Shown: one piece after another, positions 13,011 through 28,224 of the stretch
Layout of the letters: each line of letters opens with the position of its first letter
How positions within the stretch are numbered: the stretch's first letter is position 1
Source: Octopus vulgaris
Lineage: Eukaryota
Length of the DNA: 64,000 nt
NCBI GenBank assembly: GCA_951406725.2
Contig: OX597821.1
Location: 7,750,001-7,814,000 of the forward strand
Direction of reading: 5' to 3'
Position numbers and translations under genes: made by a program
The notes under the pieces: model-generated
Databases searched by the model: none
Seen by the model: the letters and a program-made list of their open reading frames with translations, nothing else
Told to the model about the DNA's origin: nothing

Positions 13011-15345
13011 ATAGGCTACTACACAGTTTCTGTCTACCAAATTCATTTACAAGGCATTGATTGGCCTTGAGTTAGAAGACACTTGCCCATAGTGTTGCAC
13101 AGTGGGACTGAACCTGAAACCATGGTTGCAAAGCACACAGCCATGCCTGTATACAAACTTGGCCAAAATCTACATAAAATTTGCTTGATAACTCAAACAT
13201 GGGAACAAGACTTCATTTATTCAGGTGAGTACGTAAGAGTTAATAGAATATAAAACCTACCAAGGGGTTCCAGGAACAGGGGTACTAGAAACAGGTCGAG
13301 CTTTATCAGCAGCCTTTTGTTCTTCGGTTTTTTCCTCACTTTCTTTCTGCTTTTCATCCTAAAAAAAGCCATTTATTTTCTCTTCTATCAATGAACACAA
13401 CAGTAATACAAGACACATCATAACTGTAGGGACAAAACAAAAAAAAAGAATAATGCTAAAGTATTTCAGTACAAAATCTAAAACTGAGTTACCTCTCTCA
13501 CCATTTCAAGTCCAACTATGCAGGAATGCACAACACCAAGTGAACAAAGGTAGCTAGTATCAGACCGACACCAAGTCCAATTTGCCTATGATCTACAGAT
13601 TGACAAAAACAGTTTGTCTTTTTTCTTATATCTTGTATCAGGAGCTGCACCAGTTAAGAATGAAATGTCTGATTTTGAACTGAATGTTTATCGTACTTTA
13701 TCTCAACAAAAAGCAATGCAGGTAATGTAGGTACCTAAATTATCAACTCAATTTTGCCATTTTATCAACAGCTTCTTTATGCTGGCAGCAAAGAATTCTG
13801 GAGAGCAAGAAGTGATGAAATCATGAAAGGCTGTTTTTGCATCTTCTTCAGATTTGAAGTTTGTTTTTTCTTGCAAAAAGTTTTCTAATGCCTGGAAAAT
13901 GCAATAGTCAGTTTGGTGCAAGGTCTGGTGAATATGGTGGATGACAGAGTACTTCCGAGTTCAGTTCCTGTAACTTGAGTAGCATTCTTTGTGCAACACG
14001 TGGTCAAGCATTGTCTTACAAGAGAATTGGCCTGTCTCTATTGGCCAATCTCAGTTGTTTAATTGCAAGTTCACTTATTTTATCCAACTGGTTAATGTAT
14101 ACATCCACTGTTATTGACTTACTAGGTCTCATGAAGCTATAAGTGGATGACACTAGAGCTGGACCACCAGACACCATTAGCATTTTTTGGTAAATATTCT
14201 CTTTTAGATTGTGTTTTGGCAATTCATCTCTATCCAACCACCATGCAGAATGCTTGCTGTTGTTGAAGAGAATCTATTTTTCATCACACGTAACAATACT
14301 AAGCAAAAATAGTTCACTTCTATGCCATGACAGCAAAGAACAAGTTTCAAGATGACAAGTCATTTGATGCTCATTCAGTTCCTGTAGTACCCACCTGTCC
14401 AGCTTCTTTACCTTGCCGATTTGTTTCAGATGGTCCAATACAGTTGGAATCGAAACATCAAACCCTGCTGCTAATTCAAACATAGCTTGAAATGTCATTA
14501 CTTCCACTAGTTTCAAGTTCATTATCCACCTTGGTCTCACGTCTACCAAAGGGCTGATTTTCAAGAGTAAAGTCACCAGACCAAAACTTCTCAAACTATC
14601 GACGTACAGTACGCTAATTTGCCACATCTTCACCAAACACCTCAATGATGTTTTGAGCTGTCTGGGATGCACTGGTTCCACGATGGAACTCATATTCATA
14701 AACAACATGAATTTTGGATCTATCCAAGGGTTCACAAAAATTGATTTACAAGAGAAAAGTCACAATATAATCAGACACCATGATTTGCATTTCGAAAGTG
14801 ATCTAAACTCTTCAATGTCATAAAGCAAAGAATTGTCAGGATAAAACATTAGAGTTAACGACTGTCAAATTTGGTGCATAAGAAAAGCTGACATTACATT
14901 CTTAATGACCTGATACGTCCTTCAGTCAGACTGTGGTCATGCTGGAGCTCTGCCTTGAAGAATTTTAGTCAATAGATCAACACTAGTACTTTTCTTTTTT
15001 TAAGCCTGGTACTTATTCTATTGGGCTCTTTTATTGAACTGCTAAGTTACAGGGACGTAAACAAACCAATACTAGTTATCAAGCAGTGATGGGATACAGA
15101 CCCATATACAGTAATGCATTGACTATCGTGGGTGTTATGTTCCAAAACACCCCATGATAGGTGAAAAACCAAAGTATAAATAGTACTGTATTTTGTGTTT
15201 ATCACTTTTATAATTTGCATATATTTATTTTATTATAAATGCAAAACACCACCATAGAGGAACTGACCTAAGCTTAAATGATAAACCGCGATAGGTGAAC
15301 CACGATATGGCGAGGGATTACTGTATGTATGTGTGTGTATATATA

Positions 15346-15376
<31 letters not shown>

Positions 15377-18300
15377 GATAAACATCTTACAGTTTCCTTC
15401 TACCAAGGATTTGCTTGGCCCAAGGCTATAGTTGAAGATGCTAATCTTCTCTGTATCATTCCAATTTTAGAATATGAACTGCCAAAAATAGTACAAAAAC
15501 AGTGAAGAAATTATGTGCTCAAGTTGTATCCAACTTAATTATTGTCTGTGAGATGTGAAGTCCTGGTCAAGAGAAAGGAAAACATGATGTATCAGTAATG
15601 ATAGATCAGAGGACAATACCAAGACACTGGGCCAACCATCGGTGTGCCATAGGTTTGCTTCGTCAAAGCCAACCTGAGACTATAGAACGTTCTTCTTTAT
15701 ATTGTTTTTTTAGACAGTGATCTGAGGTAGAAACTTTCCCACTTTCCCAGTGATTGGGATCACCAACTGTAAAAGCCCCACTAAAATAAAGTATCTATTG
15801 TACAGATACTAACATGAACATTGGATTCAAAAACTGATGATAAACTTAATTAATGGTGGGGACGTTTTGAACTGGGGGAGGGAGGCAAAAATGGTAAAAC
15901 AGCAAAAATTACTCTATAACAAATTAGATAATTATTTTGCATCAATGATAAGATGTATTGTTGACAATGCCGATATCATGGATCCGTACCAAAAATGTTT
16001 AAGAACTAAACACAGAAAATAGAAACCAAATACTTTCAATTCAAGTCTTATAATCACCACTGTTGTTCTCTTACCTCATCGCTTTTCTCTTCTTCTTCTT
16101 TTGAAGGTAATGTTTCCATGGGAATTTCCTCCGATTCTTCTGTTCCATTTACTTGTAACATCGTGTTAATCTGAGTGTTACACTCAGTGGCTGTGGCAGC
16201 TGGGTCAGGCTTCTGGAGCTGTGCTAGTTTGGCTATATACCAGTGATAAGCAGTCATGTTAACTTCATGATAGCAAGCAAAAACAAATCAACATTTCTTT
16301 TTTTATCATCAACAAATAAATTAATTTCAACCACCAGCTTTGTGAAATTATCCTTAACAATATTAGCTAATACAAAATCTGCATATACAATATAAGTGTG
16401 TATGTGCATATACAGCATAAATAAATCCTGTACCCTCACTGCTGACAAAATTCCAGATGAAAGGAATTCAAATCCAACTTTAGCAGATACAGGAGTGTTC
16501 AAATTTCATACATCTTCAAGTATTATGCTCTGTGATGAATCAGACTGCTATTTTTTGTTTTGCATTCAACCAACTAATCAAATGTACAGGGGTAGGCAAA
16601 ATTAGGTATACAGTTGCTTAATATGAGTGGAATGTTCTTTCCAGTTCTTATCCAAAAAAAGAAATAGAGGCATGAAAGAACATTCCACTGTATAACACCT
16701 ACTTTTGACCACCCCTATATATATGAATCAATATATACTGCCAATATATTTTGCATTGAAATTGTGACTATATAAATCTTCATTCTACTTCAGTTTTTTC
16801 AAAGGATGTAAAAATGATGACAATAAATAAAATATAGTGTGGTATATGTTCATCACTTTATCACACATGTCAACCTAACAACCTCTCCCTAATTCTGCCC
16901 ACAATAACATTATTCAAACTAAATATGTAGCAACTGTTTATGCAACAATTCAAGAGCTTCACTAATTATTTAACATTCAAAAAGCATAAACAGAAATCAA
17001 CATTTCTCTGACGTACTGACGTTCAGAAACCTTTTAATATATTACTTTAAATGGATTAAAACTTTACATCTGAAAAGTTTCAAGAGAAAGTATTTGAGAC
17101 ACGGGTTTCACTATAGAATTATTTATAGAAAATAAATAGTTCTCTAATAAAATGTTTGAAACCTGATAATCTAAAATCTTATCCTACCGAAAAAATGCCA
17201 TTATTCAGTAGCAGTATCAAGTTTGTAGATCTACTGCCTTCTTCATGTCACAAAATAATACATTTCAAACCAAAAACTGAAAAAGCAAATTATGTAGTTA
17301 ACATACACCTAATAAGTGCCAGAAAATTTGAATGTCAAATAATTACATTAAAATTAGCCAAAATTAGCTTTTCTTTATAGTTTATATTTAATGCTGTAGA
17401 GTCAAGTTGTTTTTAAGTTTACCTTGGTCAATCTAATAAAATTAAATATCAGACTCCAGTAAAAGGATTTTACACCACTATGATAATTTCTTTCACATAT
17501 ACCAAATTTAAATACTAGGGTTTTTCTTTTCCTTTTTTTTTTTTGTATTGTAATCTATTTGAGTTTCCCTCAGAAGGATCTAAGGGAGATTGTAAACAAC
17601 TGAGCTTACTGAGCAAGTTATCTGAACATTATCCATCAGTTCCAAATAGTGTAACAGCTGTCAGCAAAAATAAAAAAATAAGATACTGTTTAGAATAAAT
17701 TTCTAGAAAGGACTTGTATAAAATAAAGGAAGTGGAAAACACTATAAATTGTAAAGAAAATAACCACCTGATCATTTTATTTTTGTCCATTTTAATGAGA
17801 AAATCTTCAAAGAATTAACATTAACAGAACATTATTCATGTTATACTTAGTAAACAAGAACTTAAAAGAAAAAAGATTATACTTAAGATGTAGTAATGAT
17901 AGAAACCAAATTTATGTTAATTGTGAAATGAGAATGCCTATAACAAGAGTTACTATTAAAAAAAAAAGCATCTGATCACATGGTTAAATGGGTGAAAAAT
18001 TTCATGCTCAAGATATAGTAAATAAATTGACAAGAATTTGTTACAAAACTCCAAGAGAAAAATATACATCTAAATTACAAACCATTTTACACCCCGAGAG
18101 CAAAGATTGCTTAGGTTACCATGCAACCATGACCATACATATAGATATCTGCCGAGACTGGTGCTGAAAAACAAAACAAAAAATTAAGAAAATAGAATAA
18201 AAGACTCCGTCTTCATTCTTACCATCCCATTCTATAAGAACCTGTGGTTTATCCCAAGTGGATTCCATTGTTTTGGCATTATAGTAATAGACTCGGCCAT

Positions 18301-21300
18301 CAGCATTCTTGTGTTCTGACCACTCAGCAACTTCTGGGGGTTTCGCAGGAAGCTGGAATATTGGTAAGTAAATAGTGTAAAGCAAAAATTCTCAAAACAA
18401 GAAACCCCAAAGGGTATGCAAGAGAAATTATGGAGGTATAGAAGTTTAGCAGAAATACTGAAATTTCAAAGTAATCATGACTACTTCAATGAGACTTGCA
18501 TGTTTTGTAAACCCGTCATATAGCTGGCAAGCGCCATTGCCAATCACTGCACAGTAACTTAATTAATTCATAGTTATTCCCCTTAATTGACTCCTCTATT
18601 CAGTTTTATTTTCTCCCACACCTAGGCTAACAAACTTAAAACCCCAGAAAACTATTTTTTGGTAAATCTTTTTCAACTGAGCATCATCATCGTTTAACGT
18701 CCGTTTTCCATGCTGGCATCAGTTGGACAGTTTGACAGGGGCTGGCTAGACAGAAGACTGCACCAGGTTTCACTGCCTGTTTTGGCAGGGGTTTTATGGC
18801 TATATGCCCTTTCTAACACCAACCATCTTACAGAATGCATGTATAATTTAATAGAAAATGTCCTGTATTGATTGAAAGCAACATTTTTCTTTTTATAAAT
18901 TTATTAAAGAACAATGGTGTTTCAAGACCCCAGATTAGTTTGAAGTACCTACCTATATATTAGGCCAACAAACTAAAGTATTTGCAACTCTGGTAATAGA
19001 GTTAAAAAACGAAGAGAGAAAAAGATATTGGTGAAGACAGATCAATTTTGATTTTCACCAGTATAACGAGAAAAAAAGAGAGAGAGAGAGAGAGAACGTG
19101 TGGGCAACCATTTCTAACAATATGTCAAAATTCTATAAAATTATTCAATGAAACCATGCTTTTAGGAAACAATATTTTTCATCCTGCTCTACCTACAAAA
19201 GAACAATTAAATTTTGAACGAAAGTTATGTAGCCTGAAATCGATATCACTTGATGAAAGTGGACATGTGTATCAAGAAACAGTAGCAAACCTACGTGCCA
19301 TCTATATGATTCCCTGAGAAGTATAAGAAACCTTATACATAAATAGAAACTTTAATTTTGTATTACTACAAAGAAACTGAATACCATTGTCAAAATGAAA
19401 GGTATTTGTCCTGTTGGGTCCACCATTGCAAACATTCCTCCCAACCATCTTGGAGGCCCTGTAAAGGATTGTAGACATTGCCCTTCTTTTCTAAGAGTTT
19501 AGAAAAAAAGGAGGAAATGGTCACATTTCACTGAAGAAAGGGCCAATAAGGTTTCAACATTAATATCTCTAACAATATCTAGAGAGGGACAATCACAGCA
19601 AAAAAAGCTAAGGAAGTTAAACCCTGCAGAAAATCCAGATGAAGGGATCCTAAGGCAGACAAGTAGTTATAGTTAACTAATATCTGGCCTCCTATACAAC
19701 TCCATGAATGTTGCAAACATACCGAGTTTTTTTTCTTTCCTTCATGGGGTAACCATGAGTGAAGGGGGTAGGTGATAAGGAATTTGGGCTAGACATTTGT
19801 TTCTGGAAACAGCCCAGGCAGAGCAGAGATGCCTAAGTTACTGTCTCTGCAATGCCAACAACCAACAACAAAAAGGTCAACTAAAGAAATGTAATAGTAA
19901 ATAGTTAAATAGAACTACTCTCAAATTTCTATTAGTGTTATTTAATATGTTTTAATACTTATATGGAACATACTTTAACAAGACAATTATTATTTATTTC
20001 TTTATTGCCCACACGGGGCTAAACATAGAGAGGACAAACAAGGACAGACAAAGGGATTAAGTCGATTACACCGACCCCAGTGCATAACTGATACTTATTT
20101 AATCAACTCCAAAAGGATGAAAGGCAAAGTCGACCTCGGCAGAATTTCGCCCAGCATGCTAACGATTCTGCTGCCCAAAACAATTATTATCAACCACGGA
20201 GTGGTTGGCGTTAGGAAGGGCATCCAGCTGTAGAAACATTGCCAGATTAGACTGGAGCCTGGTGCAGCCTTCTGGCTTCCCAGAACCCCGGTCGAACCGT
20301 CCAACCCATGCCAGCATGGAGAACGGACGTTAAACGATGATGATGATGATGATATCAGACAACCACCAATCTTACTAATTGAAATATTAACTGAATTTTT
20401 ATATTTATTATGTATTCAATTAACTGGTTCAATGAAGAAATGTTGAAATTTTGCAAGTAATATACCCATTATAGATGCTCAGGTGTAAATCTGTTTTCAT
20501 AGAAGATTTGAGGAGTTTGAAGGTACGAAATAGTAGAATGTTATTGAAAGCAGTAGTTGTAAATTTTTAAAAGAACAACCCTATATGTAATAAAATAGTG
20601 TACAAACAAAAATATAATCACCAATATCTATATACTATGGAACTAAGATGTAAGTCAGCACAAAATAATACCACTACCTTAGTCCAGATTAACATCACAT
20701 TATAAGTCATGTTGCATTGGGCAAACACATGACAAAGTAGAAAGAACCCACTCAGTGAAGAGCAGAAAAGCAACCAGTACACCGTGTAAAGTGGTTAACA
20801 ATACAGTGGAGACTATGTAGAATCGAAAAAAAATTCTTTAGCTATGTAGAACACGAGAACCTCTCTAATGACAGTATCATGATAAAATGCACACTGTACA
20901 TTTTGCAAAGTGGTTGGTGATGAGAAGGACAATCAGTTATATAAAAAAAAAAAAACTATGCCAAAAATAATTCTCAAGTGAGACATGGTTGTCTGACCAT
21001 GAGAATTGGCTTGGACCAGGATGCCAGCAAGGGAAGTAAACATATAATAGTCCTGATGATTTTCATATCTGATATTCATATATTACAATATCTCTGATAA
21101 TATATTATGTAAATGAACTAACCAAAAACTATGCCTGATGCAGAGATGACCCTACCAAGGATATGGAAATGTAATGTAACATTTCTAGAAGTTAAAATTT
21201 AAAAGCAATGACAGTATTTCTTATTAAACACTAATAATGGTTCCCAAATATTCTTTAGTTAAATTCATAGAACGTCATGATATAACATATTTAGTTAATA

Positions 21301-23132
21301 TTTTTTTCAGTTAAGTTTGTGTACAAAAAAAAATGTCTTGGTAGAGTCAATTTTGAGGTCTCTCTAACACTTTTCAATACCAACCCACATGAAACTACCT
21401 TTGGTCCTATGGTACACAAACTTTTTCTCACCTCAACTTTTTAGCATTCAGATTACTATGTCAAATATAATGCTTAACTATTCACATTGTTTTGAATTAA
21501 TCATGCATTATCTCATAGCTTCAAGATTTCAATGATGTGATAATTTTTTAAATTGTAAGGTAGGTGTGTGAGAGAGGATGGATTTGATCAGTTTGAACAT
21601 AAAAAAAAAAACAGGTAAAATATTTAAGCCAGATAAGGTTTAAGTATTCATATTTATTGTAAATTCATAATGATGGAATAAATATTTTAAGTTATGTCTC
21701 AAACACCACATCAATAATATAAAAATTATTTTTCATTATTTTCAAAATTAATTATAACAAAGACAGAAAGGATTAAAAGATGTGCACACGTGAGGAACTG
21801 GAAGAATTTGGATCAAGTAAAGAAGTCTACGTTCACTGCATCAGAATGGAAAATTTCTAAGAATCATAACATTAAAGAAATGTTTAAATACTATGAAGTT
21901 GACAATCTTTTTTTACTATATTTCTATTGAAATACAGTGATTTTATTTCAATCAATTTTGAAGATAATGAAGAATTTAGTAAAATAACTTTGTTATTAAG
22001 CCAGTGTTTGAGACATAATTAACATGAGATTTTGATGGAAGAAAGTTTTAATTTAGGTCACATTAAAACAGGAAGTTTTTATCATAGAACCAGGGGCAAC
22101 GAGCATTAGGCTAGTGCAAAACTAAGTGCAATTTTTGGAATTTTAACCTGTAATTTTTATTTGGAATAAACTTTTAACTATGTTCATGTAATCATAGCAT
22201 TGGGAATGTAGGTTTCTATCTATTGGCTAATGTGACTGGTTTCATTCCTACTGTTTATTCTTGGTTAAGTAGTTTAATTAAAGACAGAAAAAGGCAAATT
22301 TTAGTAATTTTAAGCATGACTGTGTCAATAAGTTTGCTTCCCAGTTGCATGGGTTTGGATTCAGTTCATCCCAATGATACTAAAAAACTTCAGCAATTAC
22401 ATCTGGTATTGGTCAATCAAAGAGGACCAATTCTTCTCCATGACAATGCTCATCCAAGTCACAATAAATAACTTTGCAGAAATTCAAAAGATTGGGCTAT
22501 GAAATGCCACCTCGCCCAGCTTACTCTCCAGATAATTCTCTGACTACCACTTTTTCAAACATCTCAATAACTACTTGGAAAAGAAGGTCTTCAACAACCA
22601 AACAAGTCAAAACTGTCTAAAAATAGAATTCACTAGTTCCAAAATGCCAGAATTCTGTATAATCAAAATAGACTTGTTCCTTGTTGACAAAAATCTATAA
22701 ATTCTAATGGCTATTTTCATTGATAAAATTGAGCTGAGATACATTGCTATGAAGTTGATGGCAAAAAACTGCAATTATTTTTGCACCAACCTGATAATTA
22801 AAAAAATAAATTTTGGATAGAATCAATTACAAACCTGGCCTTGGGGTGGCTTTTCTGCTACAACAGCAGACTGGTCAGTTGTGTGAACCGTCTCTGACTG
22901 AGGTGCTGCAATAACAAGTGGAGGTGTTACAGTTGCGGCTGTGGACACTGCTGTTACTGGCGTACTCAACTGTGGTATTACATTAGTATTAAAACCAGGA
23001 GGTACCAAATTTGGATTAAATCCAGGAGGTAAGTCTACAAGAATAAGTTTAAATAAAAGCAAAAGCAAAATCAGAAATGCCCAGCATCCAAAGAAAGAAG
23101 TTTTGTGTTAGGAGGATTTGTTAAAAGCTTTA

Positions 23133-23177
<45 letters not shown>

Positions 23178-23979
23178 CATAATTCCAATTACATTGTTAA
23201 AAGCTTACTCAAATTTTAGATATCAAAATTTAATAGCATTATTTTCTTCGTGAATGAAAAATTTTCCCAAAACTAGGAAACTAAGTTTTGTTTTTAATTT
23301 CTTTTCTTTAAAATGCTCAGAACAAGTTTTGCTGAACTTTACACACAAAGCTTGGAGTTATTAAAACAAAAAAAAAGGGCTGTCAAAAGCTTAATTAAAT
23401 AAGTTCTGGTGTTAAAGAGCTGATGAACAGAGCAGCCAATAAACCCTAAACTGGTTAGAAACATAGCATTTTATTAGCTTTTACTATACAGCTTCAAAGC
23501 TAAAGTGTTATTGAATTATGCAGGATGGTCATGTATAATATATTTGTCCCATTTCAATGAAATAAAATGTTAATAATTATATTAATGAAATTATGTATCT
23601 TCATATATATATATATATATATATATAGATATATATATACACACATATATATATATACACAAATATAAAGACATTCATACTTTATAAAACATAATCTCAG
23701 AGTGTTTTTTTTTGCTCATGCAAATACCAAATAACGGAACCGTTAACATTCAATTCATGTATGTGTGTGTGTGTGTGTGTAACATTCGATATTGTTGTAG
23801 AATGTGTAGGAAACAGGATATTTACAGATGGTGAGACTAACTTAGCAGCTAATTAAAGGTGAAACGAAGTCCCAGTGAAAATAATGTGTATGTGTGTTTG
23901 AATATATATATAAACACACCTGTGTGTGTGTGTGTATATACATATATGTGTGGGTATGTATGTTTATCAGCATGTGTGC

Positions 23980-24032
<53 letters not shown>

Positions 24033-25106
24033 TATATGTTTGTAAGTAGAGTTGGTAGATAGAAAACTAAACAAAGCTTGGCATCATGTGGTGGTTGCAA
24101 ATGAGCATCAACTTAAAAGCAATGGGGTTTACGGCAATGGGAAAATATCTTGCTAGAAAACAGGTGAGGGTTGGTGACAGGAAGGGCATTCAACTGTAGA
24201 AAATCTGCCTTAACAAATTCCATCTGATCCATGTGTGCATGGAAAAGTGGACAGTGTGTGTGTGTGTGTGTGTGTAACTCTTGTAAAATGTATAGGAAAA
24301 CTTTGCTCTAGATCATCTTTATATATAAAAGAGAGGTTGTGTGCTGTCTGTCTCCTACGATTTAGATTCTTAACTACTCCCACATTTTGCGGTGCAGTGT
24401 AACCAAAAGTGGGTGTCTTATAGTCGTGATTCATATCGAGCCCTTCTGGGTATTAAGCACGCGTCTACGATTTAAAAAAAAATTTACCATCAATTTTTCC
24501 CATTTTTGGAATATATAATGGAAGTAATTCTCTAAAGATTTATAATTAAATCTCAGAACGTAAAAAGCTACAGTAACACCACCACCACCCCTTTGTGGTT
24601 AGCCATATTGAGATGGCTATTATACTTTACATCTCTAAAAATGCTTCCCTTACAAACCCGAGCAACGCCGGGCGATATTGCTAGTTCATTATAAAGGAAA
24701 ACTGTGCATGATGGGCAAATGGAATTCAAAGAAAATTCTATCAAGCAGGAACAGCTCAATTTAACATGTAACTAGTGTGGGCGTGTCTGTAAGGCAGGCT
24801 TCAGAATTTATCAGTGAGGCCACACACAGGGAAGTTGTTAACTATGCATTATACGGAATCTCTATTTGCAAGGAGTGCAGAAAAAAATGTGCACTGAGAC
24901 ACAGACTGAAATGTTATATGACCGTTCACCAAAACAATATTACAACACCTACTGCAAGAGACGCCTATCACTGCTACACCTGTACGATATGACTGAAAAG
25001 CCATACTCATGCAGCTTATCTTTAAGAGAACAATCACAGGATGACAAAATTGAGTTGCAGCCATCGTAGCTATGCGCATGCAGAGACGTGTGTGTATGCA
25101 TATGCA

Positions 25107-25182
<76 letters not shown>

Positions 25183-25568
25183 GAATACTTGATAGTTGTA
25201 AGCACCTGTATATACCATTTAGTGGTGTAGGTGATAGAGTATATTAATCAAAATAAAAACATGATTCAAAGGATTTAGCGGTACATATGTTTCGGGCCTT
25301 TATTAGACGGTTTTATAACAATGCATAATTGATGTAAATGTGTATCTATGACCTTCTTCAGCCGCGTACAACTACTACTTCAAGGACATATATTACATTA
25401 TAAGTTTTACGTTGGGGATGCAAATCCTCATAGTCGCGTACGACAGAGTGGGGCACCAACACGAAATCGAAGCGTACATCCCGCTTTTGACTCGATGTTA
25501 TAAAACCGTCTAATAAAGGCCCGAAACATATGTACCGCTAAATCCTTTGAATTATGTTTTTATTTTGA

Positions 25569-25622
<54 letters not shown>

Positions 25623-25976
25623 CATATGCATGCACATCTATTTATTTTTTATATATATATGTTACCAAACATATAGGAACCATATAAAAAAAAAATTTCA
25701 GAACATGTTAAATCTTCCAAGAGAATCATTCACCAATTATCAGAGCCCCATATAATCTTATGCAATGACCAGAAACAGATGAAATTTAACCATTACAAGG
25801 AACTGTATTTTTTAAAGCAAGCAAAAAAAAAAAAAAAAAAATATTATTCAAAACTAATTCAATGAATATAAAGTTTAAAACTTCAAAAATACAACATGAA
25901 TTTACAAAACAAAAAGAAAAAAAGCTACCAACCGAAAGAAGGAAAGTGAAACTGTAGAACATGCTCTGATGTACTT

Positions 25977-26010
<34 letters not shown>

Positions 26011-28179
26011 TATTTGTGTTTGTGTACACACATGTATACGTGTCTACATATACATATAAGTGTATATACATTTATATAAATGTTGTGGGTATATATATAT
26101 GCGTGTGTGAATTTATATATACATGTTTATATCAACATATACACATAAATATCATGCATATATATATATAGACATTTCTTTGTGTGTGAATGTGTATAAT
26201 AAGTGTGTGTTTGTGTATGTATGCAATTAGCACTTAGTAAACACAGCATATCAATTTCACTGAGAGAAAATATCAAAAAATCTTAATTAAAAAATTTTTA
26301 AACAAGTTTTTTTTTTTTTTTTCCATATTCATAAAGCTTTCAGTAATGAATTTATGCAACTATTAAATTAGATTTTCAAATGGAATTTTAAAAATAACAA
26401 GTTTACCATAAACACACAAAAATCATCTCAGAGGAAAGAAATAACAATACCTAGGAGGTGTGGGTGGGGGGCAGAGAAGACAAATTTTCTTTTCTCCTTT
26501 TTTTTTACATTTTTTCTTCACATTGTTTTAAGAGACAAGTTGAAGTAGAATTAAGAAAGAAAAATTGTTATCATTATTATTGTTGTTATGATTATTATTA
26601 TTATTCTAATAATGAAATTATTACTTAGCACCATTCATTAACAACTATGAAATATGTATGTATGTGTTAAATAACTTCTGCTGCCTACTATAATTATTTA
26701 GAAGAACTAGAACGTACTTGACAGTGTGAATTAGCAAATCAACTGTTAGCACAAGACAAAGATGGTAGAAAGGAAACCAAAAAAAAAAATAATAATAATA
26801 ATCAAAAGCAGAGCATGCAAAGATAGTGGCAGCAGGAAAGCATTCAACGAAGAGGGTGGAACCGATTTCCATACTGGGGAAAGAAGAAATCCCGGGTAGG
26901 AAAGAACTGATCTGTGCAGATGGCTGGGTTGCCGGAGTAGTAGTAGTAGTAGAAGTAGTAGTAGTAGTAGTAGTAATAGGTATCACATCAGTAGTCAATG
27001 CCACTGGAATCTGTGACTGAGATGCTGGTGATGACAATGTATTTACAATGCAAGTGGTGCTTGATGCCTCACTACTACTAGGTGAAACGGTTGGTGGGGG
27101 TGAAGATGATGTCACAGAGGTGGACGACACAACTTGTAGTTGTGGAGAACCCAGTTGTGGTTGAGGTTGTTGTGTTGGAGGCTGTAACAGCTGTGTCGCT
27201 GCTTGAGCTGCAAACACAAGAAGAGGGAATTCAGCTCAAAATATTTCCAACTCTCAAAAAGATAACAATTTTGAGACTGGAGTTGTTAATTTTGAACTTA
27301 GAATAAATCTAATGTTTCTTTTTTTTTATTTTTAAGAAAGTTTGTTCTGCTACTAAGGATTAATGTCTTAGAATAATAATAATACTATTTCTTTGTTATG
27401 TTATTCATAATTAACAAATTAAGATGATATATATATATACATATATATACATATATATACACACGAAAATTAACACTTGAATCATCGAAAAAAAACAATT
27501 TTGAGTAAGAAATATATATCTATAAAATCGTGAAACCTATACTAAATGTGCTCAGAAATATCTCTTTATATGATCAAATATATTCACTTAGTGTATCTAT
27601 ATATAAAATAAAACAAAAAATATCTGAATACACAATAGTAATTTATCAACAAAAATAAGAAAGTAAAAAACAAAAGTTGCATTTGCTCCCATTAACACAT
27701 CACATAAATTATTTCCAAAACCTAGTAATATAATTTGTAACTGTGAACCAACCAATGTTTTATAAGTAGAATAGGTCTATTTCACCATGCTTGTATGAGT
27801 TGCATGAATATGTTACTTCAGGCATTGTTTTATAGGCCTTCCTAACTCCAACTGTTACTTGTTTTTCAAGTAAGTGATTTTTTATTCCCAGTGGCTTCAA
27901 AGGCTTGAAGCAACCAGGTGATTTGTTAAAAGTACAAGTGACCACAGACACCAATCCACATGCAAATACACACAATTATCTTCTTTCAGTTTCTGTCTAC
28001 TAAATCCACTTACAAAGCTTTGGTCATCACAGTCCAGGGTTATAGTAAAAGACATCTGCCCAAGGCAGCAGTGCAGTAGGACTGAACCTGAAAGCACAAA
28101 GTTAAGAAGTGAACTTCTGAATCACACACAGCCATGCTGGTGTTCATGAGCCTGAAACTTTGTGTGTGTGTTTCCAAAA

Positions 28180-28224
<45 letters not shown>

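Larger units (their letters stand above)
10653..13177 (+). repeat. Direct duplication ~340-385 bp (10653-10993 and 12792-13177)
   Basis: Near-identical composite of SINE, nested RTE tail and ~25 bp unique flank; differs mainly in microsatellite length. Confidence 0.9.

Noticed and set aside
23842-25218. [15 protein letters not shown] ORFs here and throughout the window
   Set aside because: Translations of (TA)n and (CA)n microsatellites.
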